This document shows positions 1 to 14,045 of a DNA stretch of 64,000 nt, in pieces. Origin of the DNA: Bugula neritina (Eukaryota > Animalia > Bryozoa); contig OZ037769.1 in assembly GCA_964035545.1 (NCBI GenBank), positions 11,004,633 through 11,068,632 of the forward strand, in the 5' to 3' direction. Below the pieces are notes generated by a model. That model saw nothing but the letters and a program-made list of their open reading frames with translations, searched no databases and was not told the origin of the DNA. Position 1 is the first letter of the stretch; each line of letters opens with the position of its first letter. The position numbers were made by a program, and so were the translations under genes.

Positions 1-486
1 TAAGTCAGATGTACAGGGTTTTATACAGAAAAATACTTTACAGTTTACAGAGGGCCTTAGGTAAGCCCCGCACTAGTTTCTTTCTGACTAATATCTCACT
101 CTAAGATCATGGTGTATTCAGAGTATATGCAGAGAATATGCAGTTTAAGTTGCTATCTGTACATACTATTGAAATATTATGAGAACACATAATAAAGCTT
201 TAAAATAACTTGTATGAAATAACTTGTATGAAACAACTTTATACAAAGTATATAATATATCATAGTACTATGTATAATACAGTATATAATATCTTATAGT
301 ATATAGTACATTATATAATATCTTCTAGTATATATTATATTATATGTTACAATATATAATATCTTTCTGAAGTATATAATGTTTCATACTATATCCTTAT
401 ATATCTTATCTATGCAAATCAAATTTTATCTTCCAAAATACATTTTGTGCTCTTTAGCTTCTGCAGGTACCATATTGATTACTACC

Positions 487-1088
487 AATATAATATACTG
501 AATATTATTAATATAATATACTGAATACTATCAATATAATATACTGAATACTATCAATATAATATACTGAATACTATCAATATAATATACTGAATACTAT
601 CAATATAATATACTGAATACTATCAATATAATATACTGAATACTATAATATAATATACTGAATACTATCAATATAATATACTGAATACTATCAATATAAT
701 ATACTGAATACTATAATATAATATACTGAATGCTGTCAATATAATATACTGAATACTATAATATAATATACTGAATGCTGTCAATATATTATACTGAATA
801 CTATCAATATAATATACTGAATACTATCAATATAATATACTGAATACTATAATATAATATACTGAATACTATAATATAATATACTGAATATTATTAATAT
901 AATATACTGAATACTATAATATAATATACTGAATACTATCAATATAATATACTGAATATTATTAATATAATATACTGAATACTATCAATATAATATACTG
1001 AATACTATCAATATAATATACTGAATATTATTAATATAATATACTGAATACTGTCAATATAATATACTCAATACTATCAATATAATAC
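487..1088. repeat. Minisatellite, ~22-23 bp unit AATATAATATACTGAATACTATC
   Basis: Directly visible tandem array in the intron upstream of a PSPH exon. Confidence 0.95.
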
Positions 1089-1110
1089 ATGATGCAATGT
1101 TACATGGCAG

Positions 1111-3641
1111 GGAGCTTGTTCTACTCCTTCAGTCTAAGAATATAGATGTGTATTTGGTGTCTGGGGGTTTCATCTCCATCATCCAGCCAATAGCCGACCA
1201 GCTGAATATACCAACCAGTAGTATATATGCTAATCACCTCAAGTTCAACGAGGATGGTGAGTTCTGGAAAGTTCCTTCCTGACATTGAGTGGCAGCATTC
1301 TAAGCCTTGTGTTGTATGCGTAAAACCTGAACCTGATTATGGCAAGCCACTTTCTGTTTGTATATAATAAGTATAAATCGATAAACTACAGATATACCTA
1401 TGAACGAAAGTAGGTTATATACTATAATGCTATAATACTCGTACCATTACAGGGTACTATACTGTATAATACTCATATCATTGCAGGATATTATACTGTA
1501 TAATACTCGTACCATTACAGGGTGCTATACTGTATAATACTCGTACCATTACAGGGTACTATACTGTATAATACTCGTACCATTACAGGGTACTATACTG
1601 TATAATACTCGTACCATTACAGGGTACTATACTGTATAATATACTCATACCAATACAGGGTACTATACTGTATAATACTCATACCAATACAGGATACTAT
1701 ACTGTATAATACTCATACCAATACAAGGTACTATACTGTATAATATACTCTTACCATTACAGGATACTATACTGTATAATACTCATACCAATACAGGGTA
1801 CTATACTGTATAATACTCATACCAATACAGGATACTATACTGTATATACTCACACCAATACAGGGTACTATACTGTATAATACTCATACCAATACAGGGT
1901 ACTATACTGTATAATACTCATACCAATACAGGATACTATACTGTATAATACTCATTCCAATACAGGGTACTATACTGTATGATACTCACACCATTACAGG
2001 GTACTATACTGTATAATACTCATTCCAATACAAGGTATTATACTGTATAATACTCACACCATTACAGGGTACTATACTGTATAATACTCATACCATTACA
2101 GGATACTATACTGTATGTATTCATACCATTACAGGATACTATACTGTATAATACTCATACCAATACAAGGTACTATACTGTATAATATACTCTTACCATT
2201 ACAGGATACTATACTGTATAATACTCATACCAATACAGGGTACTATACTGTATAATACTCATACCAATACAGGATACTATACTGTATATACTCACACCAA
2301 TACAGGGTACTATACTGTATAATACTCATACCAATACAGGGTACTATACTGTATAATACTCATACCAATACAGGATACTATACTGTATAATACTCATTCC
2401 AATACAGGGTACTATACTGTATGATACTCACACCATTACAGGGTACTATACTGTATAATACTCATTCCAATACAAGGTATTATACTGTATAATACTCACA
2501 CCATTACAGGGTACTATACTGTATAATACTCATACCATTACAGGGTATTATACTGTATAATACTCATACCAATACAGGGTACTATACTGTATAATACTCA
2601 TACCAATACAGGGTATTATACTGTATAATACTCACACCAATACAGGGTACTATACTGTATAATACTCACACCATTACAGGGTACTATACTGTATAATACT
2701 CACACCATTACAGGGTACTATACTGTATAATACTCATACCATTACAAGGTCCTATAGTGTATAATACTCATACCGTTGCAGGGTCTTATGCTGGGTTTGA
2801 CGTTGACCAGCCAACCTCAGCTTCTGGTGGTAAGCCGAAAGTTGCTCAGATTCTCAAGGAGACTAAAGGATACAAGCGTCTGGTGTTCATAGGAGACGGG
2901 GCTACAGACGCAGAGGCATCACCACCTGCTGTCAGTGTTGTTTGTATATACATCATCTCTATTCATACACTGCAATGGTTATTCAATCTATCCCTGTAAT
3001 CAGTTGAGATATGGGGTGACCCAGTAATCAGTTGAGATATGGGGTGAAATACCTAGAGTTGATGACTGGTGCTCAATTTGGTGTTGCAATTTCAAAATTA
3101 AAATATCAAAAATTTGAACCAACAGCCATTATGTAAATCTTACTTCTAAATATAACATATGTAGTTGTGCCAAGTTTTAGGGCTCAGCTTATCACAAATA
3201 TTGTCTGACTGCAAGCCTGTATCTCATAAAGCAATTAGTTTTATGGAAAATTATGATATTTTGTTATCAAAGTCAGTATTTGGACTTGTAAGTTGACTTG
3301 TAAGCAGCTTTAAATAATAAATTCCAAATGTTTCACTTTTAGTTAATTTCCTGTAAATATGACTGAGAATTGGTTTGAAAAAGTATATTTAGTAAACACT
3401 TACAAGTTGATAGGAGTATCAATGTTGCCCGATGTTACAATTCTTTTAGGATTTTTAAACAACTAAATTTGCAGATATTTTTGCTACGAGGACTACATAT
3501 TTTGCGTTACTTATAGTAATACTAATGTTGTTTCAGGATGCGTTTATAGGGTTTGGAGGAAATGTTGTGAGGGAGTCAGTCAAACAAGCGTCCAGCTGGT
3601 ATGTTTACAATTTCCAAGAGCTCATTGCTGAGTTGTCCTAG
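1111..3641 (+). CDS. PSPH: Phosphoserine phosphatase (HAD family), last three coding exons; 5' exons lie outside the window
   Basis: Exons 1111-1256, 2782-2930, 3537-3641 with AG/GT boundaries and consistent phases; peptides VYLVSGGF, YAGFDVDQPTSASGGKPKV, FIGDGATD, DAFIGFGGNVVRESVK match animal PSPH. Confidence 0.93.
1415..2781. repeat. Minisatellite, ~33 bp unit (core TACTATACTGTATAATACTCATACCAWTACAGG), ~40 copies
   Basis: Tandem array filling a PSPH intron and ending at the splice acceptor. Confidence 0.95.
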
Positions 3642-4963
3642 CCTGCTGACAGCCAACAGCAGATGTCCTAGCCAGTACGCCTGCTGACGGCAATCAGTAG
3701 CCCTAGAAACATGGCTCGATGGCATCATCAAAATCTTGTGGAGTTATCCTATCATTTGATGTGCTACTTAGATCAATAACCTACTTAATTTTCCCATTAT
3801 TTTATCAAGAAACTAGTATTGGTATTGTCATGGAACATAACGGTACTTTTAAAGGTATGCCAAATTTGCTTTGCTATTATTTTTTATTGTAGCCAAAGTT
3901 GTAAACTGACATTATTTTCAACTGCTGTAATTTTTTTACCTTCTGCTATTTTGAACCACATTCCTTGAAAATTATTCAATATTCTTGGATCTCAGTTACT
4001 AGTCTGCAATATTTATAGATAGTTTAATATAAAGTTATTTTATAGGCAACTTAATGCACAGGCATAATACCATGCTATACTTATCAAATAAATTTGTCTA
4101 AAACTACTTCAGTTTATTCTACAAAATTGTATAGACATAAATATGCTGGATGATATTATAGCTCTTTACAAAGAAATTTCAGTGAAATACAACTTTATTT
4201 TTAAGTTCGACTCATTTTATCAGCAAGTGCCTTATATCATAGAGTTTGAAAGTAGAAACCAGTACATATTACATAATCTTTACTAAAAAAGTTTGTTGAA
4301 ATAGGCCTTGCCTTTTTCATGCATACTCAACAGACCAATCATACGGTAACATCATAACGTACATGTCTTGACTTTGTCACAATACATCCTTGAACTATAT
4401 AATATCTATATAATCAAACTTACATTTGCAACAGAAAAAAAATATATATTGCATAATTTTTTCCGGTAAAACAAAATGTTGGCAATTCATTGTTAATTAT
4501 AATTAATAATTGAAAGGCTTAAATAAAATGAAATAACTAGATTACAATAATGCATACAGAAAATATTGTCTCAAGTTGCAATGTATACTGCATGTTTCTC
4601 AAGCCACCATCTCTTCATCAGTAAATTTTATCTTATTCGAAGTAACAACTGCTTTTGAAGTGCCATATTTGGAAATAACATACAAATTGCTTACTATTAT
4701 GCCAAAAAGTAATTGTATAATGATTTCTTCTCAATATTAGAAATCGCTGAACTACCGTACCACAATTATTAAAATTAATATTAGCAATTTACTACTTCCA
4801 ATATAAGGCATCCACAATATCTCTCAAGTCTTTATTCTATATATTTATATGTGTTCACTGTATTTTAAATACCTATAGGTTTTTAATGTATTCCCTATTG
4901 TAAAGGCTGCAGTTCCTCACTGTATCCTAGATTCTTGTAACAGTCTTGTTGCATGTCCAGGTC

Positions 4964-7900
4964 TCAGATTTGAGATATCTTATCCAACTGCTTTAATATA
5001 AGGCAAAGTTCTTTCTTGGTAATCTTTCCGTCATTATCCATGTCTATAGCCTTCTTCAACGAGCTCTCTAAAGTATCCAGATCAGTAGAGTCGTACTCCT
5101 GCGATATATTATACAGAATACTTTATTATATGCTGTTCTATAATTACAGAGTGGGAGACATAGCACCAGTAATCATGTCTAATCTTTTAGTACTGCTGCT
5201 ACATGACAATCTTCTGGCAGTTTGGTTTATTGTATTATATACTGATATAACTACATCTATACATAGATACATCTATACATAAGGTAGGTGCAGTTGTATT
5301 GGTATGTGATATACATGTATATCACATACCAATACAACTACACCTACATTATATATAGTCATATAACTACACACACATTATGTGTACCTATATTACTATT
5401 AATTTATATGTAGGCCTACATGCAATACACATACTAGTAAAAGTACAAGATGTAGTAAGCAAAAAAACATAGATATATGCAGTTACTGCCCATTGGTATT
5501 TTTACCATTATGAATGATAACTGCCACAGCTTTTAGGTGTAGAACTATATAAATTTAATAATGCGAAAGCTATATAACTATGTCTACTTCTATTTTATAA
5601 CACGGTTAAATTCCTAACATCTTGATTTCTTTTTCATTTGTAGGGGTTTGTTTAATATTAGCATGCTTTCCATATATGGAACCTTTGAAAGTTGTACAAA
5701 TGATTTTAAAGCTGTTATCAACTTGCCAAGTTGCTCACCTCATATGCCAGTTCTAGCAAGTCTTTCACAAACCCGTGCAGCTCATTATTCTCTATTTTTC
5801 CATTTTTATCCTATAAAATATTAAGAAAGTATTTTAAACAGGGAATTTTTAAGCATCTAAGAACCTTGCACGATCTTACATACATTGCATACTATTTATA
5901 CAGTAGATTTTATACATGCCAGAGAAATTAGTTCAATCTAGCCCTATCAATCTTGTAACTATGTAATTTCATATCAACTATGTTGCTATTTCTGTAAAGA
6001 GTTATTAATATACGTGAGCAGCAACACATCGCATGGCCTTATCATGTGAATACAACTCCTGAGGCATAAACGCTTGATATAGAGAGGATGGTGACTGCCT
6101 GCAGCTAATGTTGGGTACTGGGTGTTTAGTGTTTAGTAAGATATTATATACTTGCAGTATTGAGCTTAGGACTGAGGCAATAGACTTCAAAAGGTAAAAC
6201 TTGTAGTGTGAAAGTGTGTTGGTAACCTCCTTGTTATAAACCAAGACCTATTTGCAAACTTTAATCTATTTCGAACACAACTATCTAAATACCAGAAACT
6301 TCAACAATTGAAAGCATGATATTGCACTATAAACTATAATATCATAAAATAACTGTTTCCATACCTTATCATAGTTCTCAAATACTCTATTGATATCTTC
6401 TTCAGTAATGGTAGTACCTCTCTGAAACAGCATTGCATACAATTTGATAAACTGTAACTGAAAATTGTAAACTTCAATTTAACCAAGGTTATTTAGATTT
6501 CTAATATTGAGGAATAATAGCAAGTTGCATGTGCAACCATAATGTAGCACCTATATTAATGCTTATAGAAATGTTGGAAGCCTTCAGTCACCACAAAATT
6601 TGAGCCTAATTATCAAATTTACAGGTTATAAATATGATGATGAATAACTTCATAATAATTAGACACTATAAGCGAACAACTACATAGTAGTGAGAACAGT
6701 AGGTAGGAGATAAGTTTTAATATATTATTATAAAATATCTAATTTTTTTTCAAATTACAAAGCGCACACTGTGCTGGTTAGAATCAGTTTTAAATTTTCA
6801 AATATTTCGAATGCAGCAGATGACGCTTGATATTTTAAAGATGCGTTTAATGCATGTGAAAGGAAGTTTCGGACAAACCTTGAAAGCTGGTCGAAGCAAG
6901 AAGTTTTCTCTAACAGGTATTAGCCTAGCCATTTCGCTGAGCTGCAACTTTCCATCTCGGTTTCTGTCAAAAAGGTTTAGCTAAAAATACATTCAACAGA
7001 CAATTATTGTTATTTCCTAAAGCATATGGAAACCGGTTGGCAGTCATGCCAGAATGTATGTAGTAAGTATAGTAAGTACAGCTCATTTCAAAGTGTGGTA
7101 TAAGCCTGTTTGTCTTGCAACAGACTTGTCATTAGGTAATCAATTTGGTTGTAATTAAAACTCATGGAAGATTGTAGTAACTATCCCTGTGAGAACCCTT
7201 GGTGGAAAGGGTTTGTTTAAAGCAGGCTAAGGACTTATTCAGATGGGGCACAGAAGCAATTATGACTGAATGCTCTTCCTAACATCACCAATGGCCTTTG
7301 TTGGAGATCAAGACTATGACTTTGTGTTTGCTAAGCCAACGCTCTCACCCCTAGACCACGATTGCTCCCATTGATTGTAATTTAAGCATCAACATAAAAT
7401 ATCTATAATATATTACATTAATAACATATGTTTTTATTTTCATCGCATACAACTGTGTCAGCATAATCTATGACATCATCATGTGAAACTACTCATTATT
7501 GTGTCAGCATAACCTATGACCTCATCTGCATGAGATTACTCACCATTGTGTCAGCGTAACCTATGACATCATCTTCTGAGACTACACTGGTTCTATCAGA
7601 CACTTTCAGTAATTCTTTTATAAAGTTCTTCAGTTCATTTGCTTCAATAAATCCACTGCAATCAGTATCAAACTGTTTCCACACCTACAACCACAGCAAA
7701 TAGTCAGATACAGTAGAGGGTTTGAGTTTATTATACATATGCATCAGTTTTGCCACAAAACTGGATAGAGCCATAAACATAGAAGTAATTCAGTTTAAAC
7801 ATTACCATGATTACAGTGCTGAATAAGAATATATTTTTTGGTCTAGGAGTCAGTGTGTGTGCTTAGTAAGCCCAGTAATATGAAGCATGGGATCTCAGGA

Positions 7901-8551
7901 GCAATAAAAAGGGAGCATAGGCTAGAAAGATTGAGAGAGCAGTCGTGGTCTAGGGAGCGTTTGCCTAGTAAACACGAACTCATGGGTTCAACCTAATAAA
8001 GGCCATTGGTGATGTTAGGAAGAGCATCCAGTCATAATTGCTCCTGTGCTCCATCTGAAACACGGGCTTTCCATGTACCGATCTCAGATCGATCTTGCTG
8101 AGATCGATCTGAGACATGTGCTCAGATCGATCGTTTTTCCATGAGAGTGTCAGATCGATCCCGCGAAGTTGCCTCCTCTTAAGTGAAGGATACTTTAAAA
8201 GTATAATTTGTTCACCTATTTGAGTGATTAAAGCTACTACTGTTGAAAACCAGATGGTAGTAATCTAAGATTTAATCCCAGCTATAAACTATACGCAGCA
8301 AAGCTTTCAGTGTATGGTAATTTGGCCAATTCAAAATAATAAGTTTTAATTTTTTAGCTTGACAGCTTATATAAACTTAATGGCTGTCTTGCAGATTATT
8401 AATAAACTTACAGGACTGTTAGGCCTAAAATTACAAAGAAAATAGCTAATGAAACTAAGTTTTAATAGTCATTTAAATTCAATTTAAATTCTCCCATTTT
8501 TTTTACCTTCTGCTGCATATAATTGAGTTTTCTTAATCATAGTAGGGGTAA

Positions 8552-8600
<49 letters not shown>

Positions 8601-11028
8601 ACGGGCCGAATTTTGCATTTGTTGCTCTCATTCGTCTGTTTTTCAAGTTACTAGTTCAATAATTTCTAGTCTCAATGCTGCATCTGTTGTCTATTACAGG
8701 TACCAGTTTGTTGTTTCTATCTCTTTCACAACTTTCAGAATAATGAGATTTTCATGACGAAAAAATTGGCCCATTGTGCCCCGGTACCGGGGTACAATGG
8801 GCCACTGGGTGGGACACAACAAATATATTGAAATTTTGCGTATTTTGTTATATCTGATCTTTATTTATTTAATAATACAAATAAATAAAGATACTCTTTC
8901 AGATCTACAGCAAAATTCATGTTTTAGCTGTACAGTTTGTGCCACTACGGATAGCAGAGGAAAGCAAAATCAAACGCACAACACTCGGTTCTGCAGTGCC
9001 ATTATCATTACTGTTTAAAACTAAAAACGTTTTGTTATTTTCACTTCAGAGGAACGTTTATTAAAAAAAAACTTTACTAAAATGTACTACAAAATTCTGA
9101 GTGAACTTTTTTCAATGAACTGTATAGCTAAGGTGCATGAATGGCTGAGGTTTGTGACTGGAGTACGGAAGGCAGAGGGGGGAGCAAATGAGCAAATCAC
9201 AATTTATTTCTGTCAAATGCATGTATATTTCCTCAATGGTGTAATATATAATGTTTATCATGACTATCTACTAGTAGCAACAGCAGAAAGTTTTGTATTA
9301 TGTATAAAATGGCAAAGCTTTAACCTCACCAGATGTATGTATTAGGGGAGCTTCAACTTGTAGTTTTGTAGTCTTACCATGATGTTTTTGATATTTTACA
9401 AAAAGGTCAGAAATGGCTATATCTATAGATTTTAGTAACATTTCAATCAACTTTTTGGGCAAACAAACTAATAACAGTGATCAGGGTGCAATAATCAGGT
9501 GGCCCATTGTGCCCCGGTCAGCGTGGCCCATTGTGCCCCATGTGGCCAAATTGAAAATAAATGTGCCTCAAGGAAAATTTATTTCAGTGTTTGCTGTTAT
9601 ATTAGTTAAGTATTGTAGAGACAAGCAATGGCAACAATATTAGTAAAATCTAGGCTTCTTGCCTTTGAGTGTAAAAAGTTATAAGACTTCAACGACATCC
9701 TAAAATATTTACAAAAAGTAGGTAAAAACAGTTTTTTACTCGCCTTTTCAACATGTATATTCCGCAAGTGTTGAAACTATAAGGGCTGAATAATTATGTC
9801 AATATCTTTTTATGAAAAAAAAATCACAACTCTAAGTCAATAAGTTCTCTCACAATTTGGCCGGCTTTTTGTACCCCTATGACCGTTGTGCCCCCCCCCC
9901 CCCCCCCCCCCCCGTTACCCCTACTGAAAGTCAAAGTTTTGGCATCTGAAAAAGTGGCTATCATAATTATTTAATATTTTGCTTAGTAATTATCAATAAG
10001 TTATCATTTTTATTAGCAGACAACATTGTAGCGCGCAGTCTTTTTCTACTTCTCAGATCGATCTGGCGTCTTTCCATGGTCTTATTGACATGAGATCGAT
10101 CTGAGTTCGAGCTCCACAGACCGACCAGCTCAGATCGACGGAGATCGATCTTTGGCGTCTTTCCATGGATCGATCTCGCTGAGATCGATCTGAGATCGGT
10201 ACATGGAAAGCCGGTGAATAATTCCTTAGGCTAATTTAACAAAAACCCTTTATATCAGGGGTTTTCTCACAGGGATGGCGGCTATAAACTTGCATGCATG
10301 GGTTGTTAAAGCATTCATATAAGGTATACATTATTTATGTAGGAAAACATGGTGTGTAGTTATATTTATGCTACACAAACTTGTTAAGGCAAGCTTGGTT
10401 TAAATATTGACAGAACGCAGGTTTTAGCCAATACATTTTATTTATTCCTTAAATAACTAAACTGCTGAACAAATCAATTACTTTAAAATAATTTAAATGC
10501 ACATAAAAACATTAGGGTTGTTACTCTACCTTCATAAAGTCAACACTGGACTCTAGTGGATGATCTAGTTGAAATAATACTAAGAAAGTCTCATCTGTTG
10601 GTAATATTTGTGCCATCTGTAACATCATACAAAGCATATTTTATTAGGCCATAGCAACTCTCTGTAGCGTGATACTATTTAAGCAAGTGTGATAATGAAA
10701 CTGTAACTCACTCTACATGGTGCCAGTGTCAATGACAAGCTGGCATTTTCTAGCTTTACAATTAATTTTTCTAACTGCATTGCAAAACTCTAAATAATTG
10801 ATAACTGTAATGATATTGTGTTTAAATATTCCAATAAAATTTAAATTGATATAGGTTAGAAAATGCAATAAGAAATCACATCATCAGCTAACTAAGTTTA
10901 CTAAATAATACGAAAATTTTTCGAAACTCTAAAATTTTATAGATGCAGCAAAGTATTGGTTTATTTTAATTTAAATCATATAACTTCTCTATTAGGGCTG
11001 AAACTTATAAAAAAATATCATACTTAGT

Positions 11029-11079
<51 letters not shown>

Positions 11080-13323
11080 CACCTCTCTAATATCAATTCT
11101 GTTATCTTTGTCATCATCAAATGCCTGTAAAAACTGTTCTTTCATCTTCTTAAAGTCTTGCTTCACCTCCACCTGCAAAACAAGCCATTTCTAGTTGCAT
11201 GGATTTCTTGTTTATCAGAGAGCAGATTCTTAACAACTAATATACTTGAAATTTTACCTCAATTCAGACATGTCTCGATATAGGATAATCAATTATAACA
11301 CCCAGCTATCTTTATACTATCTTCCATAGTGTTATTGAAAGAGTATACTATACATTGTATTATAATACGGTGTTTGTACAAACTATTAGTAAACAATACT
11401 CGTTAATTCTTATTAATATTTTATAAGTGCCGAATCATTGACAGCAGGATTAATTATTTTGGATTTTATAGAAATTAATCATCACGTTGTTTTTAGAGTT
11501 TATTACAACAACTTATAAAGTAGTTCAGATTACATAAATATTATGTGCCGTGAAAGGTTAATACATAAATAATATAGAGTTTAACACAATATAGGTAACT
11601 AGAAAATGTATAAACACTAAACTTGACTTTGTAGCTAAAGGACTTGAGAGAGACTTGAAGAACTTTAAAAGAGGTGATATGTAGAAGGTAATACTGTTCT
11701 GAATGACGTCTTGGAGGTGATTCACAATGACCTCTACGCATTTTAATCATTACTTTGGAATGAATTTTCTTCCTTATAGGCAATAGCCAGCAATGAACAC
11801 CCATTAGTAATGGACATTATATTTAATAGCTGATTATAATTTGTAGTCTTCAATATAAACATTTTGCCTTGGGACAAAAGTTATAAATACTATGATAACA
11901 TCAATTATTTTGCAAAGACTTTAATGGACACATGCTTTTTAAAATGTCTTTTATACAAAAACAGCACAATGTGGCTAAAGAGTACACATACTGCAGCCTG
12001 GAAGGTTAGTAAGTAAATGTTTGTCCAATTATGATAGCCCACAGCATTGAAGGCCTTTCTACCAAGTAATTAATTATATAACCGTATAAATATATTATAG
12101 TATAGTGATATAATAAGGTTCAACAAACCTAGACACACAGACAATATTACATTGCAGTTGATGACAAACGTGTCACCCATGACTATACAAGCAAACAGGC
12201 TTTAGAAACTGCTACCACTTATACTATACAGTAATAACAATATAATGCTGTCAACTATGAATAGTGAATACTATTTTATAGTAAAGTATAGTATAGTATA
12301 GCAAGGTATAGTAGTATAGTAACTGCAATTACCAAATCTTGGGGATCTTTTGGCATGCAATCAAAAAGTTGCTTCACAAAGGAGTCTAATTCCTGGTTTT
12401 CAATGTACCCATTAGCTGCAAAGTAAATGGCTATATTGTCATAATACATACATAAAATAATATATATGAAAAATATATACATACAATACATAATATGTTA
12501 TGTTACATAGTATATACATAATATGTACATATCTTACATGCAAACATATAAATTTGACACAACATTTGGTCTAAATATATGTTTTATGGAAAGTGGTCTA
12601 GGGGTTAGAGCGTTTGCCTAGTAAGCATGAAGGTCATGGGTTCGAGCCCAGACAAAGGCCATTGGTGATGTTAGGAAGAGCATCCAGTCATAATTGATCC
12701 TGTGCCTCATCTTAATAAGTTCTTAGTCTGATTTAACAAAAACCCCTTCCATCAGGGGTTTTCTCACAGGGATAACGACTATAAACTTGCGTGAGTTTTT
12801 ATATGTTTTACGGAAAACTGTCCTTCTATGTATTACTATTAGTTTTGTGTTTTGTAGGATGAATTACATTTGCTATAGTCCTTATAGCTAAAATACGCTA
12901 GTAAACCACTGATGGACTTGTATGTTTACTTCATGTCATACAAAGTAACAGAAGAATAATTTGGACTGTACAAAGCCAGCTAGTACGAGTACATGAATAT
13001 GACTATTTCTAAGGAACTTTATACTTGAACTATATATGCATGCCTTTAAGATAAAACAATCATAGTTCAAACAAAAATAAAAATTTTTTAACTTGAGCCA
13101 GTTGAAAATTAATAATAAATACTTCTTTAAAACAACAGAAGCAGCCAATGCTAAGCATCTATTAGTCTCAATGGTTACATTGTTAAGTATGATATCTGCT
13201 TCTCTCACCATCTGCATCGTAGAAGTACCAGACCTCCATGAACTGGGAGGCTGATAGAGTTGCCCACTTGTGTGTGCCATCAGATGATATTCTGTACTTT
13301 TCTAGAACATTCTTTGAAGCCAT
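4964..13323 (-). CDS. Six-EF-hand calcium-binding protein, calbindin-32/secretagogin/calretinin family (~293 aa, 9 exons)
   Basis: Exons 13209-13323, 12333-12415, 11083-11172, 10530-10616, 7544-7684, 6879-6980, 6365-6421, 5739-5810, 4964-5098 splice in frame; [39 protein letters not shown] and six EF loops typical of invertebrate calbindin-32. Confidence 0.9.
7160..7369 (-). mobile_element. tRNA-derived SINE copy
   Basis: Reverse complement of the ~210-bp family with A-box (GTGGTCTAGGGG), B-box region and core GATGTTAGGAAGAGCATCCAGTCATAA. Confidence 0.8.
8061..10216. mobile_element. Non-autonomous DNA transposon with GATC-rich TIRs (CACSGGCTTTCCATGTACCGATCTCAGATCGATCT)
   Basis: ~45-bp inverted termini at 8061 and 10216; TSD ambiguous; superfamily not assigned. 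Confidence 0.75.
8545..9921. mobile_element. Non-autonomous Tc1/mariner-pogo-like element, TA TSD, poly-G/poly-C TIRs
   Basis: TA-GGGGTAAC(G)44CACAACGG ... CCGTTGTG(C)23GTTACCCC-TA; internal repeats GGCCCATTGTGCCCC. Confidence 0.8.
12593..12797 (+). mobile_element. tRNA-derived SINE copy
   Basis: A-box GTGGTCTAGGGG, B-box GGTTCGAGCCC, same body as the other copies. Confidence 0.85.
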
Positions 13324-13653
13324 CACAACTCTTCAAACAACATGCATTGTAAATACAGAACATAAAAGAATAACATTGGAGGTCTATGTGACATTTATAT
13401 AACGGTTATGAAGTTGATTATATATTCAAGAACATGTTAATACAAGCTTTGAGAAAACAGCCTTGCTATGAATTTGCTTGTAATTATATGCTGTGTTGAA
13501 AAGTTCGAAGGCAAGTTTATGAAAATCAATTAAAAGGCAATACATTTATTCTCAACCTTTACAAGTTCTCTAAAGTACGTTATATTGAAGGCTGCCTAAC
13601 TGCAATGCCTGGGGTCAACTGTCACAAGTAGTTTGTAAACTTGAAATAATACG

Positions 13654-14045
13654 TCTACATTATATCTACACAGGTCTACATTATATCTACACAGGGCTAC
13701 ATTATATCTACACAAGGCTACATTATATCTACACAGGTCTACATTATATCTACACAGGGCTACATTATATCTACACAGGGCTACATTATATCTACACAGG
13801 TCTACGTTATATCTACACAGGTCTACATTATATCTACACAGGTCTACATTATATCTACACAGGTCTACATTATATCTACACAGGGCTACATTATATCTAC
13901 ACAGGGCTACATTATATCTACACAGGTCTACGTTATATCTACACAGGTCTACATTATATCTACACAGGTCTACATTATATCTACACAGGTCTACATTATA
14001 TCTACACAGGGCTACATTATATCTACACAGGTCTACGTTATATTA
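13654..14045. repeat. Minisatellite, 21-bp unit CTACATTATATCTACACAGGK
   Basis: Directly visible tandem array. Confidence 0.95.

Larger units (their letters stand above)
7935..10295 (+). mobile_element. SINE copy split by nested DNA transposons (5' part 7935-8060, 3' part 10217-10295)
   Basis: SINE sequence ...CATCTGAA resumes as AATAATTCCTTAGGCTAATTTAACAAAAACCC after the 2.2-kb insert. Confidence 0.8.

Noticed and set aside
12936-13280. 114-aa ORF as the first exon of the EF-hand gene
   Set aside because: Wrong frame; the homologous frame starts at 13323 and splices at 13209
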